Shown here piece after piece: positions 49,811 through 60,299 of a stretch of 64,000 bases of DNA. The DNA comes from Alphaproteobacteria bacterium (GTDB lineage Bacteria; Pseudomonadota; Alphaproteobacteria; SP197): positions 864,001-928,000 of the forward strand of contig OZ245842.1 of assembly GCA_965228895.1 (NCBI GenBank), in the 5' to 3' direction. How positions within the stretch are numbered: position 1 is the stretch's first letter; each line of letters begins with the position of its first letter. Below the pieces are notes generated by a model. The model worked only from the letters and a program-made list of their open reading frames with translations. It made no database searches and was not told the origin of the DNA. The position numbers and the translations under genes were made by a program.

Positions 49811-51406
49811 TCAAGGAGTCGCGTTAAGTGCAAGTCTCTTCTCTACGATCTCGCGAATGGACTTTCTCATGGAATCACACTGTCCGGGCCTAGCTGAGAG
49901 AGCTCCTATCTCATTCCCATAGTCAATGGATCCGCCAGGGTAGAAAACACCGGCGAACGCGACGGGTCGATTTCCATCGACATCGCGAATTGCATCTCGA
50001 TAGGCGTGCATCTTATCTATGTCTTCCTTCTTGGGCCGGCCGCCAGGATTTCCATCAGATGTGTACTCACTGTCGAGCTTGTATTTGGGATCAAACAAAA
50101 CGAGTGTGGATCTGTCGGAACTGCCCCTACGGATCTCGATGGTGATGTCGGGTCTTTGGGGCAAGCTTATGCTCTGATACCGTCCATGCCGTCCAAACGA
50201 GAGCTCTGGTGTGAAACTGACCGTCGTATCGGTTTCTTCGCGCCGCAGTGTCAGTGATGGTCGACCGTCTGGTAGTACACTAATGAACGTCTCACCCGCT
50301 CTCTTGTGTGTGAGGCGGTGTGAGATAACCGTAAACTCGAGCTCGTCAGCGAGTTCGAGTAGAGCATCGATCGTCGTCAGCGTGCACCATGTTTGGTAGA
50401 GCGATGGCAGGTTCTCCAGAGGCGCCTCAATCATCTGCTGATCGAGCTGAACAATCATACCCCGGTTAAACTCGAGAAAACGTTCGAGCGACGCGCGGTA
50501 TGGCGGGCGGCGCAGGAGAACCATTGTGAGATTGAGTGGCAGGAATTCCGGCAACGTCACCTCGTCGAGAAACCTTGCGACAATACGTGACTGACGCAGC
50601 GCTTTCTCAAGAGTGTCAAGCTCTGCAATGAGGTTGTTCTGATCTTTGGTTAGAAGCCTGCGGCGAACCGCTCTTAGTCTCAGGCCAACCTGATGATCGA
50701 ACATCTTAACGAGGCGATTCTCATAAACATCAAAAGTATGTTCGACGCGTTGGTCGATGACGCGTCTGGGGAGGCCGTCATCGCGGAGGTTTCCAGGCCT
50801 TACAACAGCCTGAACCAGTCCAGTCGCCAACGGACGACGCGCACGCTCTCTCGTCACCCAATGGTTCTCAGTTCGGAGAACTCGATGTGGGTCTAACGCG
50901 AGTTCACGAAGAATCGAAGCAAGCCCCGGAACTCCGTCGTCTGCCCCAAGTATGGCTCGCCTAAGTCTATGGACCTCTTGTGCTAGCGTCGTTTCATGAG
51001 ACGTCGTAATCGAGATCCCAGAGAGTGCTCCGGTACTCTGCAACGCAAGGGCAATTGATACGGGCAACCTCTCTTCCAGGTCATCGATAAGTTCCGAGAA
51101 TTCATCATCGCTGATCTTTTGCGGACGGACTGTAACGACCTTTTCCTCGGCAACGTCGCGCATTTGGAAGGCGACCTTGTAGTTACCCGTTCCGGCACGC
51201 TCCCACGGGACAACAACCCGTTCAGTGCCTGCAACTCTCTCGAGTCGAGCAGCTAGCTTTCTCCCTTGAACTGTGACTTCGACGTTTCCCCACTCTGAGG
51301 GATCCACATCAATCGCAATCAGCGCTGGCGTCCACTCAAGTGGCGCATCTAGAGGCGCTCCATCCAGGCTGAGAAAGGTAATCTTAGAAGTAGGACGTGA
51401 AGCCAT
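49811..51406 (-). CDS. McrC-like DUF2357/PD-(D/E)XK nuclease
   Basis: DVYENRLVK, LYQTWC, RPDITI..FDPKYK, IDKMHAYRDAI. Confidence 0.87.
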   Translation of the reverse strand: MASRPTSKITFLSLDGAPLDAPLEWTPALIAIDVDPSEWGNVEVTVQGRKLAARLERVAGTERVVVPWERAGTGNYKVAFQMRDVAEEKVVTVRPQKISDDEFSELIDDLEERLPVSIALALQSTGALSGISITTSHETTLAQEVHRLRRAILGADDGVPGLASILRELALDPHRVLRTENHWVTRERARRPLATGLVQAVVRPGNLRDDGLPRRVIDQRVEHTFDVYENRLVKMFDHQVGLRLRAVRRRLLTKDQNNLIAELDTLEKALRQSRIVARFLDEVTLPEFLPLNLTMVLLRRPPYRASLERFLEFNRGMIVQLDQQMIEAPLENLPSLYQTWCTLTTIDALLELADELEFTVISHRLTHKRAGETFISVLPDGRPSLTLRREETDTTVSFTPELSFGRHGRYQSISLPQRPDITIEIRRGSSDRSTLVLFDPKYKLDSEYTSDGNPGGRPKKEDIDKMHAYRDAIRDVDGNRPVAFAGVFYPGGSIDYGNEIGALSARPGQCDSMRKSIREIVEKRLALNATP

Positions 51407-53975
51407 GTTGCTGAAATCTATTAAGCATTTCAGTTGCTTTGCGGTGAGTAAGCGGGAACTGATCAGCTGTTAGCTCAACAAGCTGCTGTAGAGCGACTCC
51501 AACAGGAGGCTCTGCACCCTTTATCTTCGGTAGAACCTTCTGGAGAATTTGCTCATCAAGCGCCTCCTGCCATGCAACATTCAGCTCCCGGCAGCGCGAT
51601 ACGTAGTTTTGAACATCATCGATGATCCTAAAACCGAATGGCGCGGTTTCACTGACGCAATCCCACACCTCAACTAGCGCTGACGCGAAGTCAGTGTCGC
51701 CAAGATGCTCGACGATGAGATGACGTGGTGCATCCAGTTCGATGAGCTGAGCACGATCGTAGACTTTGTCTGCAAAACCATGGGTCGTCTCGTCGACATT
51801 TACCGTTCCGACAAAACGCAGATTGGGCGTGAGTTGGAGTGTATTCGCGGGTCCCAACTCAATGGGCGAGGTCCCTTTGCGAAAACGAAGCTCCATTGCG
51901 GAGAGAAACTTTGCGAAGTAGTACTCGACGCGCGCTAGGTTCATTTCATCGAGTACGAGATGATAGGGCTGCGGTGCAACGCCTTGGTCGACAGCCGCTT
52001 GGTAGGCTTGGCCTGCATCCTCTAAGAACTTGCTGAACACCGTGTGGTGATAGACTCCATCGAGCGGATTGTAGAAGCCCAACAAATCCTCGTTGGTTGT
52101 CCAATTCGGTGCCACTGGGACCAGAAGGTAACGCGCTCCGACGGCGTTAGCGTAAGCTTCGGTGAGCCACGTTTTCCCAGACCCACTGATCCCAGAGAGA
52201 ATGACGAAACCTCTGGCCTCAAGTGCAACGTGATACTGGCGCAAGAGTCGCTCGGATATGCGGATTCCTTCCGTCTCAATGACATGTTCGCGGATCTGAT
52301 CAAAAGAAGGAGGAACGTAGGAGGTCACCTCGAATTCGGAACTGTTCTGATCGGTTTGACGCTCTGTGTCCTGATCCTGATCATGCGCTTGTCGTGATTG
52401 GGCGACCCAGATGAAGCTTTGCACATCAAGCATGTCCTGAGGCTCCCAACCCCAGTCTTCCAATGCCTGCCTGACGACATGTGCTAACTGCTTCATCCGC
52501 TCATACTGTTCGGCGTCGAAGGGCTTGGTCTCAAGGCTCGGCCAGCCCATCACCTCCTTGGCCGTCCTGTTGAACTGGTGAGTCTTGACGAAGACCTCTT
52601 CTTTCGGAAATGCGATCATAAGAAACGATGTTGGCAAAAGGCGTGACCATGCCGGAATGAAGTCAAGCCCCAATCTGGCGAAGAGCGTTGCGGCTCGCCT
52701 GTTGAACTCTTCAATGCGCTTTCCAACTTCATTCTCGCTATAGAGAAGGTCGCGCAACATCGCGACGAATTCCCTCTTGGCCGGGCCATCGAATTTTTGG
52801 AAGAAGATAAAGTCGCGCCAGGTGATGAGATTCTGTGAGGCGCCGATTGACGAGAGACGATGACGTAGGAACTGATGGACCGCGTCACACAATAACTCCT
52901 CTGTCTCGTCGGTGCCCGCAGGGGCGCTCAATTGAGTTGCCAACTTCTCCTGGAACAGCGTTGTCAGCTCGACCTTGTAATCCCGTTCCTCCCGTCGGTA
53001 GATGCTTTCGGGTCTAGCTGATGGGAAGTCGTCGAAGTCTTGCATTCGCGAGAGAAAACGCTCTCGCATTGCTTCCAGACCCGGATTGCTGGTCGTGATC
53101 CGCGGTGACGTTTTGAGGTAGGCGTCATACACGCAAAGAATCGCTTCTATGTCTTCAAGTATGCTCTGGTCGTCTGGAACGCTGGCACGCTCATAGAGCT
53201 TGTATGCGATTGTGGAACTCTCGTAGTCGCTACCCAAGCCCGCGCCAATCCGAAGATCAATCTCGTCATCTAGCGAGAACCCTTGTTCGATCAAGGGCGA
53301 GGCGATGCTTCGAAGTCGTTCGGCCTTCGCCCGAACTTCCGCAAGCCCGCCAGCTGGACCAAGCCGCTTCTTCGGTTCTGTCACGCCTTGACTGAACGTG
53401 AGATAGACACCAGTCATATCGGATCGGAATAGGAATGGGCAGTAGACGCCTTCCTGTGTGCTGCGCGTCTCTCGTTGATCGAGCAGCACAATCCAAGGAA
53501 CACGTGCCCAATTGCCTCGACCGACACTCCAGGAGACTTGCAGTGACGATCGAGAACGCACCGTTGACGCTTGTTCAAGGCAGGATTGGATTGTCTCGAA
53601 GTGTGCCCAGAGCTCCGGCAGTTGGCCGTAAGGCTCGTTCTGGGAAATCTCGACATAGGACGACAGGATCTCCTCTAAAGACGACTGGATCGAGTCCGGT
53701 CCGTCTACGATCGAATCGGTGCCGCCCTCCAAAGAAACAAACCCCTTATCAATACAGTAAGTGAGTTCTCCGTAGTCCCAAGGCCATTTCTGAAATCTGC
53801 TAGGGTCCTGATCGTGGGCGCTTCGGGCGAACTGCCTGTATTCCGCTACTGTTTTCCCATCACACTTGGATAGGACATCGTACTGATTCCATGCGTAGGT
53901 GTTCGGCCGTTTCGGGTTTTCTTTTGTCTTAACCCGAATGATGGCATCTGCTTTTGATGAAGAGATGCGATTCAT
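51384..53975 (-). CDS. McrB-family AAA+ GTPase with DUF3578-type DNA-binding domain and extra domains
   Basis: SVGRGNWARVPWI..TQEGVY, GISGSGKT, LDEMNLARVEYYF, GTVNVDE, DRA. Start uncertain. Confidence 0.88.
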   Translation of the reverse strand: MNRISSSKADAIIRVKTKENPKRPNTYAWNQYDVLSKCDGKTVAEYRQFARSAHDQDPSRFQKWPWDYGELTYCIDKGFVSLEGGTDSIVDGPDSIQSSLEEILSSYVEISQNEPYGQLPELWAHFETIQSCLEQASTVRSRSSLQVSWSVGRGNWARVPWIVLLDQRETRSTQEGVYCPFLFRSDMTGVYLTFSQGVTEPKKRLGPAGGLAEVRAKAERLRSIASPLIEQGFSLDDEIDLRIGAGLGSDYESSTIAYKLYERASVPDDQSILEDIEAILCVYDAYLKTSPRITTSNPGLEAMRERFLSRMQDFDDFPSARPESIYRREERDYKVELTTLFQEKLATQLSAPAGTDETEELLCDAVHQFLRHRLSSIGASQNLITWRDFIFFQKFDGPAKREFVAMLRDLLYSENEVGKRIEEFNRRAATLFARLGLDFIPAWSRLLPTSFLMIAFPKEEVFVKTHQFNRTAKEVMGWPSLETKPFDAEQYERMKQLAHVVRQALEDWGWEPQDMLDVQSFIWVAQSRQAHDQDQDTERQTDQNSSEFEVTSYVPPSFDQIREHVIETEGIRISERLLRQYHVALEARGFVILSGISGSGKTWLTEAYANAVGARYLLVPVAPNWTTNEDLLGFYNPLDGVYHHTVFSKFLEDAGQAYQAAVDQGVAPQPYHLVLDEMNLARVEYYFAKFLSAMELRFRKGTSPIELGPANTLQLTPNLRFVGTVNVDETTHGFADKVYDRAQLIELDAPRHLIVEHLGDTDFASALVEVWDCVSETAPFGFRIIDDVQNYVSRCRELNVAWQEALDEQILQKVLPKIKGAEPPVGVALQQLVELTADQFPLTHRKATEMLNRFQQHGFTSYF

Positions 53976-54219
53976 GACGTGGTCGTTGCTGACAGCAAAG
54001 ATTGCGGTTAAGTCTAGACCAACATTTTCTGGTTGCAATTGCTCTTATGGATACGACCAGATAGTTAGAGGCGAACACGACGTCGAAACATTCCTAGATT
54101 GTCTGCTCGAGTGTCTGTTCTCACTTCCAGAGCAGATCAACAGGTTCCGAGAGAGACGAACGCCGCAAGCAGACGACGCACTAATCGCTGGCTAACGTCG
54201 TGATCACAAACCAACACCG

Positions 54220-54783
54220 ATGGCGTCCGGCCGAATGAAGAACGTGCCTACATATGGCGAACTAGCCGAACTGCTCGCCAACTACGTCTATGAGAACTGG
54301 TATCGTGAGGAGCCTGGCGAGTGGCACAAGCACGCTAAGCCAGGAGAGAAACTTCCGCCGGTCCAGGTGTTCGATCACATGTTTTCGTCGATGTACCAGC
54401 TTTGCGCTTTCGCGCTTGAAAAGCTGAAGATCACGAAGTTCATTGACGGCAGCCGCTCTGTCTTTCTCTGTGCGCCAGAAGACTTTAAGGCCACAGCCGA
54501 ACGGAACAAAGCAAAGGGCTGCTCCTACGACACACTCGTTGTGACTTTGATTGACATCACTCAGTACGACCGAATTGACGATAAGCTGGTGGCATGTTTG
54601 GCCAACTTGGGCATTTGTGAGCCGGAACCTGAGCAAGTGCCTGCCGAGTTTAGCGTCTTGAACTTCGATACACGGCAGAAAATCCCGGTCAAGGTCGTTG
54701 GCGTGTCCCGGCCTAGCGTCGTCTGGACAGAGCGGAAGAAGTACTATGATGAGTATGGGAGAGAGTGGACCAAGCTGATTTAG
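54220..54783 (+). CDS. hypothetical protein
   Basis: 187-aa ORF with protein-like composition. Confidence 0.6.
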   Translation: MASGRMKNVPTYGELAELLANYVYENWYREEPGEWHKHAKPGEKLPPVQVFDHMFSSMYQLCAFALEKLKITKFIDGSRSVFLCAPEDFKATAERNKAKGCSYDTLVVTLIDITQYDRIDDKLVACLANLGICEPEPEQVPAEFSVLNFDTRQKIPVKVVGVSRPSVVWTERKKYYDEYGREWTKLI

Positions 54784-54814
54784 TGACCGAGAACTCACTT
54801 GAGGAGCACTCGCA

Positions 54815-55396
54815 ATGGAGGAGGAACTTTTAAGATCGATTGTTGCCGGGGCTGCTAGCGGATCCGTGATTGCAGCTATTCTCGGTCTGGTGTTCCATCA
54901 AAGAAAGGCGACCATTGAGAACGCCGTTAAGCATCAGTTCGCTGAGACGCTTGAAGAGTTCAAATCGAAGAGGGGTTGGAAAGAGGAGTCTCTTGCGGAG
55001 CTTATCGCACCAGTAGTTATGCATCTCGGTCGAACTTCGACCGTCTCGGATCGTTACTCCGTGCAAACTTTCAAAAAGGCCGGAGTCTCTTATGCGGATG
55101 CACAGATAATGCGGGAAAGCAACGAAGCAGTCCGTATGATCCTGTTGTCAAAAGGGCATCTGCTTCCCGAGGAATTGCGCGAAACGGCTCATGTGCTGAT
55201 TGCCCACTATGACGAGTGGCTCATTCGGTTTGATACTACTTTGCGAAACGTCGAATCAGCGACCACTTCGAAGTTCGATGTCGGCTTCCCAAACGTAGAT
55301 TTTCCAGATGACGCAGGGAACGCCTTTCAGGCGGCATACGACAGACTACGGGCCGAACTGTACGACTTTAAGATAGAGAAGCGCGATCCTGCTTAG
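54815..55396 (+). CDS. hypothetical protein with N-terminal TM helix
   Basis: GAGGAG RBS, hydrophobic N-terminus, helical body. Confidence 0.7.
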   Translation: MEEELLRSIVAGAASGSVIAAILGLVFHQRKATIENAVKHQFAETLEEFKSKRGWKEESLAELIAPVVMHLGRTSTVSDRYSVQTFKKAGVSYADAQIMRESNEAVRMILLSKGHLLPEELRETAHVLIAHYDEWLIRFDTTLRNVESATTSKFDVGFPNVDFPDDAGNAFQAAYDRLRAELYDFKIEKRDPA

Positions 55397-56004
55397 CGGC
55401 CCGAAGCAGCGGGTCGCGAGCGTAGAAATGTCGAAGGCCTTAACTCTCTTGGCAGTCTCATCGCGGAGTCAACTCTTACTCGTTCGTTTGGTCCTGGTCG
55501 GACGTAGCTGGGTCAGGCGACTTCGTCTCAGCACTTTGGGCTGCCTTGTTCGACTGTGCTTTCTGCCATCCAAGCACTGCACCGATGGCTGCAAACGGTA
55601 TGTTTAGCGCCGCCCAGAGCAACGGCAATCACTGTTAGAACTACCTTGGTGTACCGATCCACGACCTTCCCTCCGTTGACAGTTGAGGACGCTACTGAGC
55701 GTCACGGTAAAGAGTTATCGAGCGACCTATTTTGTTGGAAAGGTCTTCCCTACAAGCCCCGGGTGGCGGACACGAACGCGATTATCGCGCCAACACTCAT
55801 GATGACGATCCACGAGAACTCTGCGCTCCAGCCAAGAGCGAGGCCAATCAGACCAAACCAAGACAGAGCCATTCCATCGAACAATCCGTACCTTAGTTTG
55901 CGATCTCGATCCTCTCCGTCCACGGTCTAATGAGTTCCTTCAAGCGCAATACTTACAAGTCGCCTGATAGCCAACCGTGCGGCCACCAAGGATGGAGAGA
56001 CGAA

Positions 56005-56175
56005 ATGACACTACGGGAAGACCTTATTGCTTTGCTCGAAAAGCACGACACAGAGATCCCGTTGAACACGAGCAACGCGGTACTGGCAGACCACATGCTA
56101 AGAGCTATGGAGTCGCTGGCGCAGTCCATATCCCAGCATGATGACGAGGCCCAACATACCGGAAACGGGCGGTAG
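56005..56175 (+). CDS. small hypothetical protein
   Basis: GGAG RBS before MTLREDLIALLEKH. Confidence 0.45.
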   Translation: MTLREDLIALLEKHDTEIPLNTSNAVLADHMLRAMESLAQSISQHDDEAQHTGNGR

Positions 56176-56786
56176 GAATGCCCAAGAAGAAGAAAAGGCG
56201 GACCAGCCAGTTTCAGCGGACCGACGGCCATAAGTCGTCAACGCGATGGGACCGCATGAAGGACGACAGAGCCGGTGACATGCTCAAAGACGACGCCGAG
56301 CGGCTGTCTCGCAAATATGTCGCGCGAAAGCCGAAGGGGAAGAAGTGACTGACGCCGCGCAAGACGCAAGGCAGGTAGGTACGGAAGGGCGGGTTTCGTG
56401 GCTCGCCCTTCGACTTTCGGGCGCTAACTTTGGCCTAGGCCGACTCATCCAATCGCCAATGCAAGCGCCAGGGCGGCAATCAACAGGAAGACGATGAAGC
56501 AGGCCCAGAGCAGCCTCTTCAGAATGGCCCCTGGCGAATTTGAACTCATCATCCTTTCTCCTCTTTGGTGAGGGCGCGAACGGTCGCATCTCGACGGTCG
56601 CTGACCGGTATACAGCCAGAGTCAGATGGAGCGTTGAAACAAAGGACCTTAGACCCCATACTTTTAACCGGTGGGACGATGGCTTTCACAGCCACCTCCT
56701 TCCAGGGTTACCTACGAAGTTCGAGGTGGATCGTTGCAGCGATCCACCTCCTTCTTTTCGTCCTCCTGACATCCGCTCGAAGAAGC

Positions 56787-57506
56787 TCAGGCAAGCGAAA
56801 CTGCGACCTCAACACCAAAGTGATCTGACAGTCGCGAACCATCTGGACGATAGTTGTCTATTGCCCTGACGTGCGTGCAGCGAAGCTCGGACGAATGTGC
56901 CAGGTGATCAACGCCCGGCTTCATACAAGATGCAATGTCACCAGAAGTCGCGACTGTTAATCCGGGGCCAAGTGCTTCGAGCAATGCATCGTACGTGTAT
57001 TGGGGTTGCCTGCCTTTCGGAATCCTTTGGTTGAAGTCTCCCATGACGATTGTTGGCAAGTGCTCATCACGCGCTTCCAGAATGAGAGACAAGCCCTGAA
57101 CAAAGTGCAGGTGGTCCTCCCAAAGTTTGCGGTCTGACCGTCCAGTTCGCACATGCGCGTCTCGCCAAGGGATGCAAACTCCGACAACGTTCAGTGGTCC
57201 GATTGAAGTTTCGGTTACCCCTGAGACTATGCGTCCGCTTGGAATGTCGTGGTCGTGATAGTTGGCAACTTGGTTCCACGCGCCACGTGCCGCGAGAAGT
57301 ACCTTCCTCCGCCCTGAGCGGATGCGATAGCCGTAGTCCTCGTGGCTAGAGATGGTATTCCAAGGCGCTGGTAGAGAGGCTTCGAAGGTCTCTGTCAGGC
57401 AAACTAGGTCGCAAGAATTGAGGTTGAGTCTCTCAATGATGACCTGGTGACGTTCCGTGCCAGGCTTTGCCCACTCCGTATTCCAATTCCTCACTACTAG
57501 GGCCAA
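56787..57506 (-). CDS. endonuclease/exonuclease/phosphatase (EEP) family protein
   Basis: NWN, LTE, MGDFNQ, VDH, SDHFG. Start uncertain. Confidence 0.85.
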   Translation of the reverse strand: MALVVRNWNTEWAKPGTERHQVIIERLNLNSCDLVCLTETFEASLPAPWNTISSHEDYGYRIRSGRRKVLLAARGAWNQVANYHDHDIPSGRIVSGVTETSIGPLNVVGVCIPWRDAHVRTGRSDRKLWEDHLHFVQGLSLILEARDEHLPTIVMGDFNQRIPKGRQPQYTYDALLEALGPGLTVATSGDIASCMKPGVDHLAHSSELRCTHVRAIDNYRPDGSRLSDHFGVEVAVSLA

Positions 57507-57913
57507 CAGAACTCACCAATCGGCATGCTGAGATGTCGCCCATCTTCGTACTGAGCGTACGCTCCGCCACTATACCGTGGACAGTCTCTCGCATGCGCGT
57601 GCTGGACCATCATCGCTGCGATGTCCTGGCCGTCTAGCAAGCACGTCGCCACGATCCGGTCGAAGCTTGTTCCGTTCTGCTGGCAGGCAAGCGTTCGTCC
57701 GCTGATGATATCGGCAAGCGCTTCCTTCGAGACCGAACCAATCCCCGTGTCCATCTCAGGAGCATCGATGCCGTGTATGCGGACCTTTTTGCCGTCGGTA
57801 CACCAGAACGTGTCGCCATCCACGACGGGTCCGACAGTGCAGTTGAACTGCTGAGCGAACGCAGTCGAGGTCAATGCGAATAGGGCAGTTATGAGAAGCG
57901 CAGCGAATCTCAT
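57497..57913 (-). CDS. secreted thermonuclease (SNase) family protein
   Basis: Signal peptide, VDGDT, VRIHGIDAPE, FDRIVA. Confidence 0.88.
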   Translation of the reverse strand: MRFAALLITALFALTSTAFAQQFNCTVGPVVDGDTFWCTDGKKVRIHGIDAPEMDTGIGSVSKEALADIISGRTLACQQNGTSFDRIVATCLLDGQDIAAMMVQHAHARDCPRYSGGAYAQYEDGRHLSMPIGEFCWP

Positions 57914-57984
57914 TGCATCGCGCCATTCAGCGCCGTGGTTGGTGGGTTGTTGAGGCGCATACCAGAGTGCATCTGTTTAGCTGA

Positions 57985-58815
57985 TTAGGCCTCAGTACAT
58001 TTGGCAGAGATCGCATTCTTGAAGGACACGTATCCAAGCGTCGGATGATGGAACTTCGGCAGATCGAGGAGTGGCCAGAGTAGACTTAGGTAAGAGGTTT
58101 CGCTGTTTGATTCTTCCGACGCTCTGATTCCTGAAGAGATCAAGCCACACAGTTTGCCATCAACAAACACTCCACCACCACTCATTCCACCCTCAACTCG
58201 CGCGTCAGATTCGAAACACGGGCACGGCATCATTACATTGTCACGTCCCTCTGGGTAAACGGCTGTTACGACGCCCGACGAGCGCTTGGGAGTGACGCTC
58301 GTGTTCATTTGCCGCCGACCATCCACAACTGAGATATGTGCGGATGAATCTGGGTACCCAAATGCGACACAAACTTCGCCAACCTTCGGCGGTTCCATGT
58401 TGATTACTCGCGGCTTGAGTGCCGATGATTGGGTGGCGGATAGCTCCGGATGCGGCATCACACCTAAAACGGCCAAATCCAGTTCTGGATGGCAAGCGTA
58501 ACCCGTGACACACCAGATGAACATTTCAGAGGTATTGTCGCCGCTTTCAACAAGGCTGACTGCAACATCCGATATCTCGATTTCTTCTTCGCCTTCTAGC
58601 CGAATGCCGAATATCTCATCGACTACATGCGCAGCGGTGATGGCCATTCCACTTTCGATCAATACTGCAGTGCCGGGTATGGCTACATCATCGCCCCGTT
58701 CCGACACAATTGGCATGACGCAACGACAGATGGCCAATTCGGCTTCCGGTATGTCACTAAACTCCACGGACACGGAGCCACTCCCTTGAGTCGACCCGAG
58801 ACCTGGCGCGTGCAT
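57985..58815 (-). CDS. trypsin-like serine protease (no signal peptide)
   Basis: ITAAHV, DLAVL, GMSGGGV catalytic triad motifs. Start uncertain. Confidence 0.8.
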   Translation of the reverse strand: MHAPGLGSTQGSGSVSVEFSDIPEAELAICRCVMPIVSERGDDVAIPGTAVLIESGMAITAAHVVDEIFGIRLEGEEEIEISDVAVSLVESGDNTSEMFIWCVTGYACHPELDLAVLGVMPHPELSATQSSALKPRVINMEPPKVGEVCVAFGYPDSSAHISVVDGRRQMNTSVTPKRSSGVVTAVYPEGRDNVMMPCPCFESDARVEGGMSGGGVFVDGKLCGLISSGIRASEESNSETSYLSLLWPLLDLPKFHHPTLGYVSFKNAISAKCTEA

Positions 58816-58827
58816 GCACGATCATCA

Positions 58828-59022
58828 TCAATGCACCGCCCCATCAGACTCTGTGTTCTGCAGTTCCTTTATCGCATCCAAGATACGTCGCCACACGGCA
58901 CAGCCATCGAGATCACCTGCGTCCAATAGCTCGTCGATGCGACCGGCAGCATGGAACACCGGGTCATCGTAGGTCTTGATGACTTCGTTTGCGGCGATCC
59001 ATATGTCGCGGTCGGAGATCAT
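58828..59022 (-). CDS. DUF6961-like small protein
   Basis: DIWIAAN...AAGRIDELLDAGDLDGCAVWRRI. Confidence 0.7.
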   Translation of the reverse strand: MISDRDIWIAANEVIKTYDDPVFHAAGRIDELLDAGDLDGCAVWRRILDAIKELQNTESDGAVH

Positions 59023-59028
59023 CTACGG

Positions 59029-59420
59029 CTACTCGGACACGCCAAAGCGGTCGCTGTAAGTCAGAACAGCACTGAGCATTACGTCGCTATGGACATCTGA
59101 GATAGTCGGGTTGTCGAAGCGGGCCACTACCCCACCTTCAGACATGACTTCAATGAAGTTACCGTCTGCCCGGTTCTTGACTGCTGCAAGAAGTTCATAC
59201 CCCTCAGCACGGAGATCATCGACAATCTCTTGTACGTTCTCCAAGACAAGCTCGTCTGTTGTCTCAGAATAGACGACCACGCCCTCTCCGGAGGCAAAAG
59301 TGGCAAAGTCTCTCGGACTGAGGTTTTCAAGTTCAGGCCATCAGCCACGGCAATCAATGCAGGAGCAGGAACGGCCATCAGGAGCCCGGCTAGTAGCATG
59401 AGGGCTAGGTTTGCTTTCAT
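59029..59420 (-). pseudogene. frameshifted secreted protein, paralog of the upstream gene
   Basis: The signal-peptide frame (59420) and the mature-domain frame (EGVVVY..DLRAEGYE..ADGNFIE) are offset near 59340. Confidence 0.65.
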
Positions 59421-59860
59421 TGCTCGTACGGTGCGCCGAAGCGGTCGATGTAGATGCCCATTGCACCCAGAGCGACTTTGGTGCGGACATCCACAGCACT
59501 TGGACTATCAAAGCGCGCTACGATTCCTCCCTCAGACATGATCTCGATGAAGTTGCCATCTGCCTTGTACCTAACTGCGGCCCGCATCTCATACCCTTCG
59601 GCCCGCAAATCTTGCACTATATCGGTAACGTGCTCCAAGACACCGTCGTCCATCGTCTCAGCGTAAACGACGACTCCCTCGTGTGATGCCTTGGCCGCGA
59701 AGACACGTGGGTGGTCTTGCTCGGGCTCCGCTTCGTCGGCGAAGCCCGAAGGCACCACCAAACCTTGCGCCAGGACGAAGGCCACGATTGCAGCCGCCGC
59801 TACAACCAGTGCGGAGCGGTGCTTGCCCCGGAGGCACACGCCGACCCTATTCGGCCTCAT
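59417..59860 (-). CDS. secreted/periplasmic hypothetical protein
   Basis: Signal-like N-terminus; paralog immediately downstream. Confidence 0.7.
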   Translation of the reverse strand: MRPNRVGVCLRGKHRSALVVAAAAIVAFVLAQGLVVPSGFADEAEPEQDHPRVFAAKASHEGVVVYAETMDDGVLEHVTDIVQDLRAEGYEMRAAVRYKADGNFIEIMSEGGIVARFDSPSAVDVRTKVALGAMGIYIDRFGAPYEQ

Positions 59861-60299
59861 AAGCTGAGTCCGGAAGCTGGAGACATCGTTCGTCGGACTG
59901 GAGCCGCTCCAAGCTCGCGAGGCAGTACTGGACCATAGCGCTGTCGAGTGACTGCAGCACATTTCCCAAGTTGTAGTCACCCGCCGAGTGTCCACCAACG
60001 TAGAACCGAATGACGGTGTTGATGCCGTCACCTAGTCTGACGAACGACTTTGACGGGAAGCCTTTGTCCTGAAAACGGTCTTCAATGACATACGCAACCT
60101 GCTCAGGTGTGTATTCGGACCCCCGGCCACCGATAACTGCGAACCCTATGGCATCGTGATCCTCTGAGTAGTCTCCGGCCTGCCGACTAACCGTTGGATG
60201 ATACTCGGCATCGGCGGACTGCCCCAGAGCATCGCCACTAGCCGCAGCGAACAGCAGCAGAACAAAACAGCCAACTAGATGCCTCACGGTCGCCCCCAT
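59847..60299 (-). CDS. secreted hypothetical protein
   Basis: Signal peptide MGATVRHLVGCFVLLLFAAASG; overlaps the next gene. Confidence 0.62.
   Translation of the reverse strand: MGATVRHLVGCFVLLLFAAASGDALGQSADAEYHPTVSRQAGDYSEDHDAIGFAVIGGRGSEYTPEQVAYVIEDRFQDKGFPSKSFVRLGDGINTVIRFYVGGHSAGDYNLGNVLQSLDSAMVQYCLASLERLQSDERCLQLPDSAYEAE

Noticed and set aside
55400-55930. Hydrophobic minus-strand reading fragments and the + ORF 55556-55930
   Set aside because: Interrupted by stops and unassignable; possibly a decayed membrane-protein gene, but too weak to call.
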